64,000 nt of DNA from an uncultured Chthonomonadaceae bacterium (lineage in GTDB: Bacteria; Armatimonadota; Chthonomonadetes; Chthonomonadales; Chthonomonadaceae): assembly GCA_963817895.1 (NCBI GenBank), contig CAWFQB010000001.1:1024001-1088000 (forward strand), written 5' to 3'. The position numbers were made by a program, and so were the translations under genes. The notes below the pieces were generated by a model that did not search any database, had not been told where the DNA came from, and worked only from the letters and a program-made list of their open reading frames with translations. Each line of letters begins with the position of its first letter. The stretch's first letter is position 1. Of this stretch, positions 29,842 through 39,517 are shown piece by piece.

Positions 29842-30717
29842 TTGAGTAGCAGACACAAAACGGGAGTCCTCCCCATCGAAAATCGAAAATCGAAAATCGA
29901 AAATCCTAACACCTTCTCCTTAACAAACGTGTCCTATCACTACCAGACGGGAACACCGGCATTGGAAGAGGTGTCGCTGACCATTGCGCAGGGCGAGAAG
30001 ATAGCGATATTGGGCGCGAACGGCTGCGGGAAAAGTACCCTGCTGCGCCTTTTGAGCGGGCTGGCGTTTCCGCAATCGGGACAGGTGCAGGCGTTCGGGC
30101 AAGATCTGACCGAAGCCGGGTTGCAGGACGAAAGTGCGGCCTATCGCTTTCGCCGCCGCGTGGGATTTATCTTCCAGAACTCCGACGCGCAGTTGTTTTC
30201 TTCCACCGTGCGCGAAGAGATCGCGTTTGGCCCGCTGCATATCGGCTTGACGCAGGCGGAAGTGGAAAGCCGCGTTCAGGACGTTGCCCGCCTGCTCGAC
30301 ATCGAAAACCTGCTGGATCGCGCCCCGTTCCAGCTATCGGGCGGCGAAAAAAAGAAAGTCGCGATTGGCTGCGTCCTCACCCTCAACCCCGATGTTCTAT
30401 TGCTGGATGAGCCGACGGCGGGACTCGATCCCCGTTCCCAATCGTGGCTGCTCGACCTGCTGCTGCGCCTCAACGCGGCGGGCAAAACCCTCGTCACCGC
30501 CACGCACGACCTGAACATGGTTCCCACGCTTGCCGACCGCGTGTTCGTGTTCAGCGAACAGCACCGGCTTGTGGCGCAAGGCCCGAGCGGCGACATTCTG
30601 GCCGACACGGATTTGCTGCTGCGCGTCAACCTCATCCATGCCAACTGGCATCGTCACAACGGCCTGTGGCACGTCCACTCGCACCCGCAAAACGCCACGC
30701 ATAATCATACTGTCTGA
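29842..30717 (+). CDS. ECF transporter ATPase (NikO/CbiO) with His-rich tail; start uncertain
   Basis: GANGCGKST, LSGGEKKK, LLLDEPT and ATHD motifs; C-terminal HRH..HVHSH. Confidence 0.9.
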   Translation: MSSRHKTGVLPIENRKSKIENPNTFSLTNVSYHYQTGTPALEEVSLTIAQGEKIAILGANGCGKSTLLRLLSGLAFPQSGQVQAFGQDLTEAGLQDESAAYRFRRRVGFIFQNSDAQLFSSTVREEIAFGPLHIGLTQAEVESRVQDVARLLDIENLLDRAPFQLSGGEKKKVAIGCVLTLNPDVLLLDEPTAGLDPRSQSWLLDLLLRLNAAGKTLVTATHDLNMVPTLADRVFVFSEQHRLVAQGPSGDILADTDLLLRVNLIHANWHRHNGLWHVHSHPQNATHNHTV

Positions 30718-30857
30718 ACCATGATTAGGCATGATTTTGATGATTAACATGATGATGCGCCATTAACGTGTGACTATCTGATTGGGAGAAGAGTGTGGTG
30801 ATGCGCCTTCTCAATCATGGCAATCACTTAAATCATGCTTAATCATGGTTCAAGACA
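30711..30857. repeat. third copy of the TGTCTGAACCATGATT inverted element
   Basis: TGTCTGAACCATGATTAGGCATGATT...AATCATGCTTAATCATGGTTCAAGACA. Confidence 0.85.
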
Positions 30858-30875
30858 ATAGAAATCTATTTTTGC

Positions 30876-30904
30876 TTGACATACCTCTTGAATCTATGTA
30901 TACT
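30876..30904 (+). promoter_or_regulatory. sigma70 promoter with putative PadR operator
   Basis: TTGACA-17-TATACT; the ATAC...GTAT dyad at 30881-30901 spans the spacer. Confidence 0.65.
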
Positions 30905-30930
30905 GTTCTTCAAGTGGGAGGAATGGCATT

Positions 30931-31272
30931 ATGGCGCGAGATGTAGTGAAGGGGGATGTGCCAATGCTGGCGCTGTCGGCGCTGGCGGAGGGCGCGTGTC
31001 ACGGGTACGCGATTGCGCGGCGCATCGAGCAGCGCAGCGAAAAAGCCTTGCTGATGCGGGAGGGTTCGCTGTATCCCGCCCTGCGCGTGTTGGAGCAGAG
31101 CGAACTGATTGCGGGCGAGTGGGAAACGCAGCCGAGCGGCCCCGCCCGCAAGGTGTACCGCATTACCACAAAGGGGCAGGCGGAACTTACAAAGCGACGG
31201 CAGGAGTGGGACCAGTACGTCAACACGATCAACGCGATCATGGGGAGGAAAACCGATGCACAGCCGACTTGA
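30931..31272 (+). CDS. PadR family transcriptional regulator
   Basis: HGYAIARRI...EGSLYPALRVLE...RKVYRITTKG. Confidence 0.93.
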   Translation: MARDVVKGDVPMLALSALAEGACHGYAIARRIEQRSEKALLMREGSLYPALRVLEQSELIAGEWETQPSGPARKVYRITTKGQAELTKRRQEWDQYVNTINAIMGRKTDAQPT

Positions 31273-31921
31273 GCAGTACGTGGAACAGGTGGAAACGCGG
31301 CTTGCCGAACTGCCGCCCGCGCAACGCGAAAGCGAAACCGAGGAGATGCGGCAGCACATCGCCGCCATGGTCGAGGCGCGAATGGAATCAGGACTTTGCG
31401 AAGACAAAGCCATCACCGAAACGCTGGAACAGTTCGGGCAGGCGCAAACGGTCAGCCGCGAATTGGCGCAGGCGCACGGACGTAACCACAAACTTCTGCC
31501 CGACAATTTGCTGACGGCGACGATTTGCGCCGTACTGTGCATCTGTGGGAGCGCGCTGCTACTGTTCTTGTCGCTTATTCGGATCGAGCGCGACGGTCTG
31601 CATTTGCGCTTATTGGACGGCTGCTCTCAGTATGTGCAGTGGGCTTATGAAGACAGCATAATGCTGGCAGGTTGTCTGGTGGCGGGCGCAATGACGGGCG
31701 CGCTTTTTCCGCGCCGCGCCCTGATGGGAATTTTGCTGCCGTATCTGGTCTGGTGTTCGATGGGAATCAGCAACATTTCCCGTCTGCACAACGTGGCTAT
31801 GCGCGACTATCTATGGGGTTGCGGCTTCTGGATAGTGACAGCGACATTTACGATGGCGGGCGCGAAAATGGGCGCAAGATGGCGCAAACGTCGCTACTAC
31901 CGCCGAAGACTTGTCGCGTAG
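31256..31921 (+). CDS. permease-prefix/HAAS domain membrane protein
   Basis: LEQYVEQV...EEMRQHI...LEQFG N-terminus followed by ~4 TM helices; overlaps padR. Confidence 0.8.
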   Translation: MHSRLEQYVEQVETRLAELPPAQRESETEEMRQHIAAMVEARMESGLCEDKAITETLEQFGQAQTVSRELAQAHGRNHKLLPDNLLTATICAVLCICGSALLLFLSLIRIERDGLHLRLLDGCSQYVQWAYEDSIMLAGCLVAGAMTGALFPRRALMGILLPYLVWCSMGISNISRLHNVAMRDYLWGCGFWIVTATFTMAGAKMGARWRKRRYYRRRLVA

Positions 31922-32045
31922 CGCGAATGTATAGTGAACTTCATTCCGGCATAAAGGCTTTTGGTTTCCCGATGAACCTTTTACCCGCCTGCCGCAACCA
32001 ACACAATGAAGCACATACCAATTATTTTGTTTTGTTTATTTTTGA

Positions 32046-32077
32046 GGGAGGGCGCAAATTGCGCTCTCCCCCTTTTT
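32046..32077. terminator. intrinsic terminator
   Basis: GGGAGGGCGCAA-A-TTGCGCTCTCCC followed by a T-run. Confidence 0.65.
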
Positions 32078-32102
32078 CGTTGTCTGTGTTCGGGTAATTG
32101 CC

Positions 32103-32366
32103 TTATCGCGCAAATAATTTACTGCCGGTTTCTTCCTCTCCTAACCAGAATGAGTCCGGCAGGGGCGCGTTGAAATCGTCGCTCATCCAGAGCGATCCGG
32201 CGTTTAATCCAGCTACGCGCGGTTGGTTGGAAAGTACGGGCAAGGTCTTTGTCAGCGCGTCACGAAACACCTGTTGAGCAAATGCGCCTACATCCAACCC
32301 GCGCCTTGTGGCCTCTTCGCGCACCTGTTTTTCTATTTCCGGCGCTATGTCCAGCGTGATGGTCAT
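32103..32366 (-). CDS. DUF2281/VapB-like antitoxin (orphan)
   Basis: MTITLDI.PE.E ribbon-helix start; [26 protein letters not shown]-terminus; ATGA overlap with the lon stop. Confidence 0.75.
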   Translation of the reverse strand: MTITLDIAPEIEKQVREEATRRGLDVGAFAQQVFRDALTKTLPVLSNQPRVAGLNAGSLWMSDDFNAPLPDSFWLGEEETGSKLFAR

Positions 32367-34963
32367 TTGGTTTCCTCCAACTTACCCGTTTTCCGCTTGC
32401 CTTTGCCGCCTGATGTGGTGGCGCGTTTCGGCTCTGTCGGCGGCGCGTTGGGTTCGGCTTCGGGTTTGAGGTCGGGCGCGTGGCCGTTGCCGTTGCTGCT
32501 GATTGCCGCCTCCGAGGGGACGGACGCGGGTAGCAGGGCGAGTTCCAGAACCTCGTCCATGTGCGTAACCAGATGGAAGCGCATGGCGTCGCGTACGCTT
32601 TCCGACAGGTCTTCCAAATCCTTGTCGTTTTCCGCAGGCAATATCACCTCGTTGATGCCCGCCCGCCGCGCCGCCAGCACCTTTTCCTTGATGCCGCCAA
32701 CCGGAAGGACGCGCCCCCGCAACGTGATTTCGCCCGTCATGGCGATGTCCTTACGAATGGGGCGGCGAGTCAGAGCGGAGGCAATCGCGGCGGCTAAGGT
32801 AATGCCCGCCGATGGCCCGTCTTTGGGGACTCCGCCAGCGGGAACGTGGACATGCACGTCCAGACGGCGGTAAAAATCCTCGTCCACGCCCAACTGCGCG
32901 GCGCGTGACCGGACAAAGGAAAACGCGGTTTGCGCCGATTCTTTCATCACGTCGCCTAATTGCCCCGTCAATTGCACCCGGCCCTCGTGTCCTTTGAGCA
33001 GGCTCACTTCGATGGTAATGATGTCGCCGCCCACTTCGGTATAGGCCAGTCCGGTGGCAGTCGCGATCTCGTCCTTCTCCTCCATCACGCCATAATGGAA
33101 ACGCCGCTTGCCCAGATACTCTTTCAGGTCGTCCGCGCTGATTTTCACCTGCGCGGTTTGGTCGCCCGCCACGCGCCGCGCCACTTTGCGGCACAGCGTC
33201 GCGATTTCGCGTTCCAGATTGCGAACGCCCGCTTCCCGCGTGTATTCCCGTATCAGTTTTTGCAAGGCCCCGGACGTGACTTCCAACTGTTCTTCGTTCA
33301 AACCGTGATCCTTGCGCTGCTTGGGGAACAGGAATTTCAGGGCGATGTTGAGTTTCTCCTCCTCCGTGTAGCCCGCGAAGGTAATCACCTCCATGCGGTC
33401 TTTCAGGGCGGGCGGAATCGGGTCGAGCAGGTTGGCGGTCGTGACGAACATCACGTCCGACAGATCGAACGGCATTTCCAGATAGTGGTCGCTGAACTCG
33501 GTATTCTGTTCGGGGTCGAGCGCTTCCAGCAGGGCGGAAGAGGGGTCGCCCCGAAAGTCCATGCCCAGTTTGTCAATCTCGTCCAGCATGAAAACCGGAT
33601 TTTTCGCGCCCGCCTGCTTGATGCCCTGAATAACGCGCCCCGGCAGCGCGCCGATATACGTGCGCCGATGCCCCCGTATTTCCGCCTCGTCCCGAACGCC
33701 GCCCAGCGACACGCGAATAAACTTGCGCCCCAATGCCCGCGCGATGCTTTTGCCGATGGAGGTTTTGCCAACGCCCGGAGGCCCGACAAAGCATAAAATC
33801 GGTCCCCGAGATGTGCCGGTCAGCTTGCGCACGGCCAGAAACTCAATGATGCGCTCTTTGGCCTTTTCCAGCCCGAAATGGTCTTCATTCAGGACATTGG
33901 CAGCCTCGTCAATGTCTATGTCATCCGGCGTGGACGCGCTCCACGGCAGGGCCACAATCCAGTCCAGATACGTGCGAATCACAACGCCTTCCGGCGCGGC
34001 GAACGGCATTTTTTCCAGCCGCTCCACTTCGCGCAGGGCGCGTTCGCGGGACGCTTCGGGCATTTTCGCAGCCTCAATTTTCTCGCGGTAGTCGTCCAGT
34101 TCTCCGGTTTTATCGTCGCGTTCGCCCAACTCCTGCTGAATGGCTTTCATCTGTTCGCGCAGAATGAACTCGCGCTGCGTGTCGCCCATCTCTCTTTCCA
34201 CACGTTCACGAATACTCTTTTGTATGTCGAGAATTTGCGCCTCTTTTTTTAGAATGACCGACAATTTTTCAAGCCGTTCGCGCGGGTCGAGCGTTTCCAG
34301 CATATCCTGCTGCTGCTCTACGCGAATCTGGCGCAGAAACGAGGTAATCACATCGGCCAATCGCCCCGGCTCGTCCGTATTGACCACGTTGATGAGCGCT
34401 TCCGGCTGAATGGTTTTGCTGATACCTACCACCTGCTGAAACTGCTGCGACACGCTCCGCATCAGGGCTTCAGTGGCTAAATCTTTGGTTTCTGAGGCCG
34501 GAAGGGGTTCCAGTTGTACCGAAAAGAACGGCTCGGTTTGCAGGTACTTGACCACGCGCGCCCGACCCAACCCCTCCAGCATCACGCGCACGGTTCCATC
34601 CGGGACGCGCAAAACCTGCATGATTTCGGCTACAATCCCTATCTGGTAAATCTCGTCGGGTTCGGGGTCTTCGGCGTGGAGTTCCTTTTGGGCGACAACA
34701 AAAATCTGCCGCTGATTGGCGGCCGCTTCTTCCAGTCCGCGCACGGATTTTTCGCGCCCGACAAGGAGCGGGAACATCTCATGTGGAAAATGCACCTGAT
34801 CGCGAATGGGCAGCAGGGGCAGGATTTCGGGAAACCCCGCCATGTCGCTCTCATCGGCCTGGGCAGCAAGCAACGCGCTTAACTCCTCCTGCGCCAGACG
34901 CAGAGCCTCCTCTGTAATTGTCGGCGGGGGAATTTCCGATTTGGACTTGCGCGTGCGTGCCAT
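32363..34963 (-). CDS. lon: ATP-dependent protease La
   Basis: LON N-domain, [23 protein letters not shown] and GGIKEK motifs; SD AGGAG before ATG 34963. Confidence 0.97.
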   Translation of the reverse strand: MARTRKSKSEIPPPTITEEALRLAQEELSALLAAQADESDMAGFPEILPLLPIRDQVHFPHEMFPLLVGREKSVRGLEEAAANQRQIFVVAQKELHAEDPEPDEIYQIGIVAEIMQVLRVPDGTVRVMLEGLGRARVVKYLQTEPFFSVQLEPLPASETKDLATEALMRSVSQQFQQVVGISKTIQPEALINVVNTDEPGRLADVITSFLRQIRVEQQQDMLETLDPRERLEKLSVILKKEAQILDIQKSIRERVEREMGDTQREFILREQMKAIQQELGERDDKTGELDDYREKIEAAKMPEASRERALREVERLEKMPFAAPEGVVIRTYLDWIVALPWSASTPDDIDIDEAANVLNEDHFGLEKAKERIIEFLAVRKLTGTSRGPILCFVGPPGVGKTSIGKSIARALGRKFIRVSLGGVRDEAEIRGHRRTYIGALPGRVIQGIKQAGAKNPVFMLDEIDKLGMDFRGDPSSALLEALDPEQNTEFSDHYLEMPFDLSDVMFVTTANLLDPIPPALKDRMEVITFAGYTEEEKLNIALKFLFPKQRKDHGLNEEQLEVTSGALQKLIREYTREAGVRNLEREIATLCRKVARRVAGDQTAQVKISADDLKEYLGKRRFHYGVMEEKDEIATATGLAYTEVGGDIITIEVSLLKGHEGRVQLTGQLGDVMKESAQTAFSFVRSRAAQLGVDEDFYRRLDVHVHVPAGGVPKDGPSAGITLAAAIASALTRRPIRKDIAMTGEITLRGRVLPVGGIKEKVLAARRAGINEVILPAENDKDLEDLSESVRDAMRFHLVTHMDEVLELALLPASVPSEAAISSNGNGHAPDLKPEAEPNAPPTEPKRATTSGGKGKRKTGKLEETK

Positions 34964-35049
34964 AATATCACTCCTGATGAAGACAAATTTGAAAATGGAG
35001 AAAGAAGGTAGGTCAAACTGATTATACGCGCCAATACTTGAAAAGGTTG

Positions 35050-35213
35050 TTGGTGGCTGGTGATTGGTGTGGTTGGTGACTGGTGGTTGGTGGTTAGTGA
35101 TTGGCAAGACCTGTCCGCTTATCCCTTATTTCTATATTCTTTATTCTATATTCTATATTCTATATTCGATACTCCTATGAAACCATTCGCGTCCATTCGC
35201 GTTCATTCGCGGC
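35050..35213. repeat. cluster of short tandem repeats (TGGTGRY)n, (TTCTATA)n, (ATTCGCGTYC)n
   Basis: Seen directly in the lon/cyclase divergent spacer; ATTCGCGT units also occur inverted at 54816-54843. Confidence 0.85.
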
Positions 35214-37045
35214 TAAATTTATTCTGGAAGCGTCGCCGGGATTTGCTGCTGGCAGGCGTGGTTGTGGTTCTGGTCGGGCTGCTGACGCCCTGGCTGAATC
35301 AGCGCCCGATTGTCACTCAGGCGGCATGGGAGGTGTTCGAACATTATATCAAGTCGCTGGAAGTTGATTCTGTGAAGAATCGCGTGGCGGTTGTGGCTGT
35401 AGACGATACCGCGTACAGCAACTTTGAAATCAAAGAGCCGATGCCGCGCAAGTATCTGGCTGGCCTGATCGCCACCCTTTGCCAGAACAGCCACCCGCAG
35501 GCGATTGGCATTGACGTGCTGCTCGACGCGCTCTCTCCCCCCGGCCATGAGTTTGAAGACGATATGCTGGAAGAGGCTTTGCAGCTTGCGCAGGCGCGGC
35601 ATGTGCCGGTTGTTCTCGCGTGTAACCCGGAACCCTCAACCCATGAACCGCCCATATTCCCCCTGCCCCGATTCGCGCGCTGGTGCGATGTGGGCCATGC
35701 GCTGCTGAAGCAGGACGAACACAGCGCATCGGGTGAAATTCGCGCGGTTGACTGGCTCAAACCGTTTGAGAAACAGAGGATTCCCGCCTTTTCTGCGCTG
35801 ATTGCAGTTCGGGCGCAGGGTCTGCCCGCGTCCGTCACCGAAGACTGGATACGCAAAATCCTACGCCCCCGCCGCGAATTCAGTTCTTACATCTTTTTCA
35901 GGCCGCGTGTCAATATTGCCGAAGTTCCCGCCGATGAGGTTGTGCCGGAAAATCCCGCTGTGGCGCAGAGTTTTGAGGGCAAAATCGTGCTGATTGGCGC
36001 GACTGCCAAAACACGGGGCGACGTGCTGCGAACGTCCCTGCAGATGAAAGATCACCCGGAGGGTATGCCGGGCGTTTTCGGACATGCGTATGCCATTCTC
36101 ACGCTGATCGGGCCGGGGCTGACGGTTCCGCCCGTCTGGCTGGAATCAGTGCTGTCCATGCTGCTCGGTGGCCTATTTTTGGGGATGCTGTATCGCTTCG
36201 GAACCGCGCGAACGTTTGTTTGGGCTGCGCTGGCCCTGTGCCTGTTGACGGCGGGAACGCTGCTTGTGTGCGCGTTTACCGGTGTGCTGCTCAACTTTGC
36301 CCCCTCGCTTGGCGCGATTTTCCTGTGCGGGCTGGCGTGGTGGTACTGGCGGAAACGTTACTTGAACGCCTGTTACGAATCGTTCCTTACCCGTCCCGTT
36401 GTGCGCGGTATCGGGCAAGTAAACAACGTGGAGGACTTCGCTTCTACGACCGCGCCCGGCAGTATTCTGTTTTGCGATCTCATCGGATACAGCAAAGCGT
36501 GTCGCGAATTGTCCCCGACCGAAGCGATTCGGCTGGTGAATTATTACCTGTCGCCAGTTGCCGACATTATACAAAATTACGGCGGTCTTCTGGATAAGTA
36601 TCTGGGCGATGGCTGCTTCGCTTTTTTTGGCGTTGGCACGTATGGCGAAAAGTCCCTTTCGGAGAAAACCGCCGCGCTCAATGCCGCCCGCGCCGCGTGG
36701 CGTATTCATCAGGAGATGGAGAAATTGCGCGCGGAAGCCGAGGCCAATAACGTGCCACTGCTGACGCTCAGTATGGGCATCCATACCGGCCCATTGACGG
36801 CGGGGCTGGTCGGACCTATCGGGCGCAAGCAGTTCACGGTTATTGGCGATTCGGTCAATGACGCCTGCCGTGTGGAAAGCATCGGGCATCAGACGGGCGT
36901 GACTCCCCCCTTCACCACCCGAATTCAAGTCTCAGAAGCCGCCGCTGACTTGCTTGCCGGCGTCGCCACCCTGGAACTTAAAAACTACACGCCCACCGAA
37001 AAATATTCCGCGCCCATCTATGAACTGCAAAACCTTGTGGATTAG
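35177..37045 (+). CDS. CHASE2-domain membrane adenylate cyclase (class IIIb)
   Basis: CHASE2 (VAVDD...PR..LA, FEGKIVLIGATA, MPGV..HA), 3 TM, LFCDLIGYS, DKYLGDG, GIHTG, FTVIGDSVN..CRVES (Lys/Thr adenine specificity). Confidence 0.9.
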   Translation: MKPFASIRVHSRLNLFWKRRRDLLLAGVVVVLVGLLTPWLNQRPIVTQAAWEVFEHYIKSLEVDSVKNRVAVVAVDDTAYSNFEIKEPMPRKYLAGLIATLCQNSHPQAIGIDVLLDALSPPGHEFEDDMLEEALQLAQARHVPVVLACNPEPSTHEPPIFPLPRFARWCDVGHALLKQDEHSASGEIRAVDWLKPFEKQRIPAFSALIAVRAQGLPASVTEDWIRKILRPRREFSSYIFFRPRVNIAEVPADEVVPENPAVAQSFEGKIVLIGATAKTRGDVLRTSLQMKDHPEGMPGVFGHAYAILTLIGPGLTVPPVWLESVLSMLLGGLFLGMLYRFGTARTFVWAALALCLLTAGTLLVCAFTGVLLNFAPSLGAIFLCGLAWWYWRKRYLNACYESFLTRPVVRGIGQVNNVEDFASTTAPGSILFCDLIGYSKACRELSPTEAIRLVNYYLSPVADIIQNYGGLLDKYLGDGCFAFFGVGTYGEKSLSEKTAALNAARAAWRIHQEMEKLRAEAEANNVPLLTLSMGIHTGPLTAGLVGPIGRKQFTVIGDSVNDACRVESIGHQTGVTPPFTTRIQVSEAAADLLAGVATLELKNYTPTEKYSAPIYELQNLVD

Positions 37046-37052
37046 AGGATGT

Positions 37053-37173
37053 GCCGGGTGTTGAAAACACCCGGCAGGAAAGTGCAAGCGTCCTGCGGAC
37101 GCGACTCTTTATTCAAGATTCGCGCGTCCGCAGGACGCTTACTTTGTTCAGACAGGGATTTTCAATCCCTAGC
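37053..37173. repeat. REP-like composite palindrome (GCCGGGTGTTGAAAACACCCGGC ... GCGTCC.GCGGACGC)
   Basis: Partial copies near 13248-13305 and 54968-54990. Confidence 0.75.
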
Positions 37174-37243
37174 CTATTGGGATAGCCTCTTATCTGATGA
37201 AAGCGGGCTTGCGGAGCCTGACTCGCCCGTGTTATAATGGGGC

Positions 37244-38782
37244 ATGTTTATTCACCGATTCCACCCTGCCCAACTTCTGCCCATCCTGCCGCTTACCCTC
37301 CTGTGTGTACCTGTTTCGCAGGCGGCAGGAAGAGGCGTTTCCCCCGCGCCGCTTAACGGGCATGGAAACAGTATTTCCTTGCGCCTTCCGCAGGCGGGAG
37401 CGGGGCAGGCGAAGCGCAAAACCCGAACGCGCCCCGCGCCTCCCGTTCCCGCCGATGGCTGCGCCAATCAGCAATCTCCACTCGTTCGCGTGTGCCTGCT
37501 GCGCAATGAGGGCGCGGCGCAAATCTCCGTGGAAGCCCCGTCCGGGGCGAAACTGCTCAACGACATGGGACGGGAACGCGCATCGGGTGTTGGCCCCTGG
37601 ACGTTTAGCGCGAGTGGTAGCGGCATACAGGCGCGCGACGCGCAGGGCAGAAGACTGGGCGTAATCGTGGAGGGGCAGCCCTGGCGCGTCCAGACCGAAG
37701 ATGGGGGCGCGCAACTCGGCCTGCGCGGGGCGGGTCGCGCGGGTCGCCATTATCGCGGCAGTCTGGAAATCCGCAACGCGGGCGGGCAGATTCGGCTTAT
37801 CAACGAAGTGGACATGGAATCGTATCTGTGCGGCGTTGTCATCAGCGAAATCGGCGACGGGCCACTCGAAGCCCTCAAAGCGCAGGCGATTGCCGCGCGC
37901 ACCTACGCTATCAGCAGTCGGGGAAGGTGGCGCACAGACGGTTACGATCTGCGCGATACGGTTGACTCGCAGGCGTATAACGGTGTCGAGGCAGAAACGC
38001 CGGAGGGCAACCGGGCGGTACGGGAGACTTCAGGCTGGATACTGACACAGAACGGGCAGGCCATTGACGCGGACTTTTGCGACGACTGCGGCGGCGTCAC
38101 GGCTCCCGGCGATGATCCCAATATTTTGCCCCGCTCGGTTTCCGATGCCGAAGCGCACCGCAACATTCGCCATTCGCCGCATGGTGTCTGGACACTCGCT
38201 CTTTCCGGCGAGAAACTGAGCGCGATGGTGGGCCGAAACAGCAAAGCGCGCGGAACGGGAACCCTGCTCGGCGCGGAAATCAGCGCGCGGGACGTTTCCG
38301 GGCGGGCGCAGCGCGTCCGACTGGCATGGGGGCCAAAACCCACTCTGCTCACGGCTTCCAATTCCGGTTATTCCAATTCCTCCTCAAATTACCCTGCAAA
38401 CATTGCGCCGCCCTCCACTTCGGAAACTGCCGACAACAAAGCCACATCTTCCGCGCAGCCTGTTCCACCATCTGTGATGGCGCCTGCCTCAACTATGTTT
38501 ACGGAAGTGAGCGGCGAAAGCCTGCGCGGACTGATCGGTTACAACGTTCTGCGCAGCGCGCTGTTTACCATCAAGCGCCTGCCCAACGGCGATTTTCAGT
38601 TTGACGGCAAAGGCTGGGGACACGGACACGGATTGTGTCAACAGGGCGCCCTCGCCCTTGCCGCCGCCCCCCTGAACCGCTCCGCTTCCGCCATTTTGCA
38701 GCACTACTATCCCGGCGCATTGCTCACGCGCATGTCGCAGGCCGGAGAAGAGGGTTCGACAGAAAAGGAGACGGGGAGATAG
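37244..38782 (+). CDS. SpoIID/LytB domain protein (lytic transglycosylase family)
   Basis: INEVDMESYLCGVV..E, EALKAQAIAARTYA, SQAYNG, GWGHGHGLCQQGA and ILQHYYPG motifs. Confidence 0.92.
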   Translation: MFIHRFHPAQLLPILPLTLLCVPVSQAAGRGVSPAPLNGHGNSISLRLPQAGAGQAKRKTRTRPAPPVPADGCANQQSPLVRVCLLRNEGAAQISVEAPSGAKLLNDMGRERASGVGPWTFSASGSGIQARDAQGRRLGVIVEGQPWRVQTEDGGAQLGLRGAGRAGRHYRGSLEIRNAGGQIRLINEVDMESYLCGVVISEIGDGPLEALKAQAIAARTYAISSRGRWRTDGYDLRDTVDSQAYNGVEAETPEGNRAVRETSGWILTQNGQAIDADFCDDCGGVTAPGDDPNILPRSVSDAEAHRNIRHSPHGVWTLALSGEKLSAMVGRNSKARGTGTLLGAEISARDVSGRAQRVRLAWGPKPTLLTASNSGYSNSSSNYPANIAPPSTSETADNKATSSAQPVPPSVMAPASTMFTEVSGESLRGLIGYNVLRSALFTIKRLPNGDFQFDGKGWGHGHGLCQQGALALAAAPLNRSASAILQHYYPGALLTRMSQAGEEGSTEKETGR

Positions 38783-38900
38783 GGAGATAACGTAGGGACA
38801 CAACATGTTGTGTCCCTACGTTATCTCCGCCGGATTGGTGTGTCCAACCCCCGGCAGCAACGCCGGATACAATTTGTATCCGGCGTTGCTGCCGGGGGTT
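38783..38900. repeat. two adjacent perfect palindromes (46 bp and 55 bp)
   Basis: 38783-38828 has 23+23-bp arms and no loop; 38846-38900 has 27+27-bp arms and a 1-nt centre. Confidence 0.9.
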
Positions 38901-38947
38901 ATACTCGCTTCAATTTCTTATGCGCGTGAATTGGGCGCACAGGGATA

Positions 38948-39235
38948 TTATGAGCGGCGATGCGGTACGAAGGCGGCCTGTCGCCACATTACGCGCCATT
39001 CCTTCAAAGTTTTTTCCAGCGCTTCTTCGGGGGAGTTGCCCTCGATGCGTTGTTTGTGGTAGTCTTCAAAAGCCAGAGCGTAGCCCGGCAATTGAAGTTC
39101 TGCTTCCTCATCCGTAATGCTGGGCGGGGACATAAACGCCTCGTTGATTCCCGCGCAGGGGGTGCTATCCTGTGTACCGCTAAAGCGTGAGGCAGAAGCA
39201 GAATTACTTGACGTGTTGTATAAATCGTTCATCAT
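38948..39235 (-). CDS. small hypothetical protein
   Basis: ~95-aa ORF with a helical-looking acidic C-terminal half; no family recognised. Confidence 0.5.
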   Translation of the reverse strand: MMNDLYNTSSNSASASRFSGTQDSTPCAGINEAFMSPPSITDEEAELQLPGYALAFEDYHKQRIEGNSPEEALEKTLKEWRVMWRQAAFVPHRRS

Positions 39236-39465
39236 GGTTACGATACCTACTTTCACTCGTCAGGGAGTGTACGACATCCAGGTCGTCATCCAAAGGCGTG
39301 AAACACGCGCATCATGTCGCGTGGTATGAAGAGGACGTTAAACCGGCGCGAATGTTCCCATACATACATTGAACAGGTAATTTTTGCGTCAAAATAGAGG
39401 CAAACGCGGTTTAACAGGGTGATGGTACTAATTATGGCATATTTCGCGGCAAAATACTGTTTGGA

Positions 39466-39497
39466 GGCCGGAATTTTTTGTTGCAACAATTCCGGCC
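39466..39497 (-). terminator. probable terminator hairpin after the S53 gene
   Basis: GGCCGGAATT...AATTCCGGCC. Confidence 0.5.
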
Positions 39498-39517
39498 CTT
39501 TATTCGTATTCTGACGC

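Noticed and set aside
34964..35176. N-terminal extensions of lon (from 35107) and the cyclase (from 35060) in the ORF track
   Set aside because: They translate tandem repeats; better starts are at 34963 and 35177
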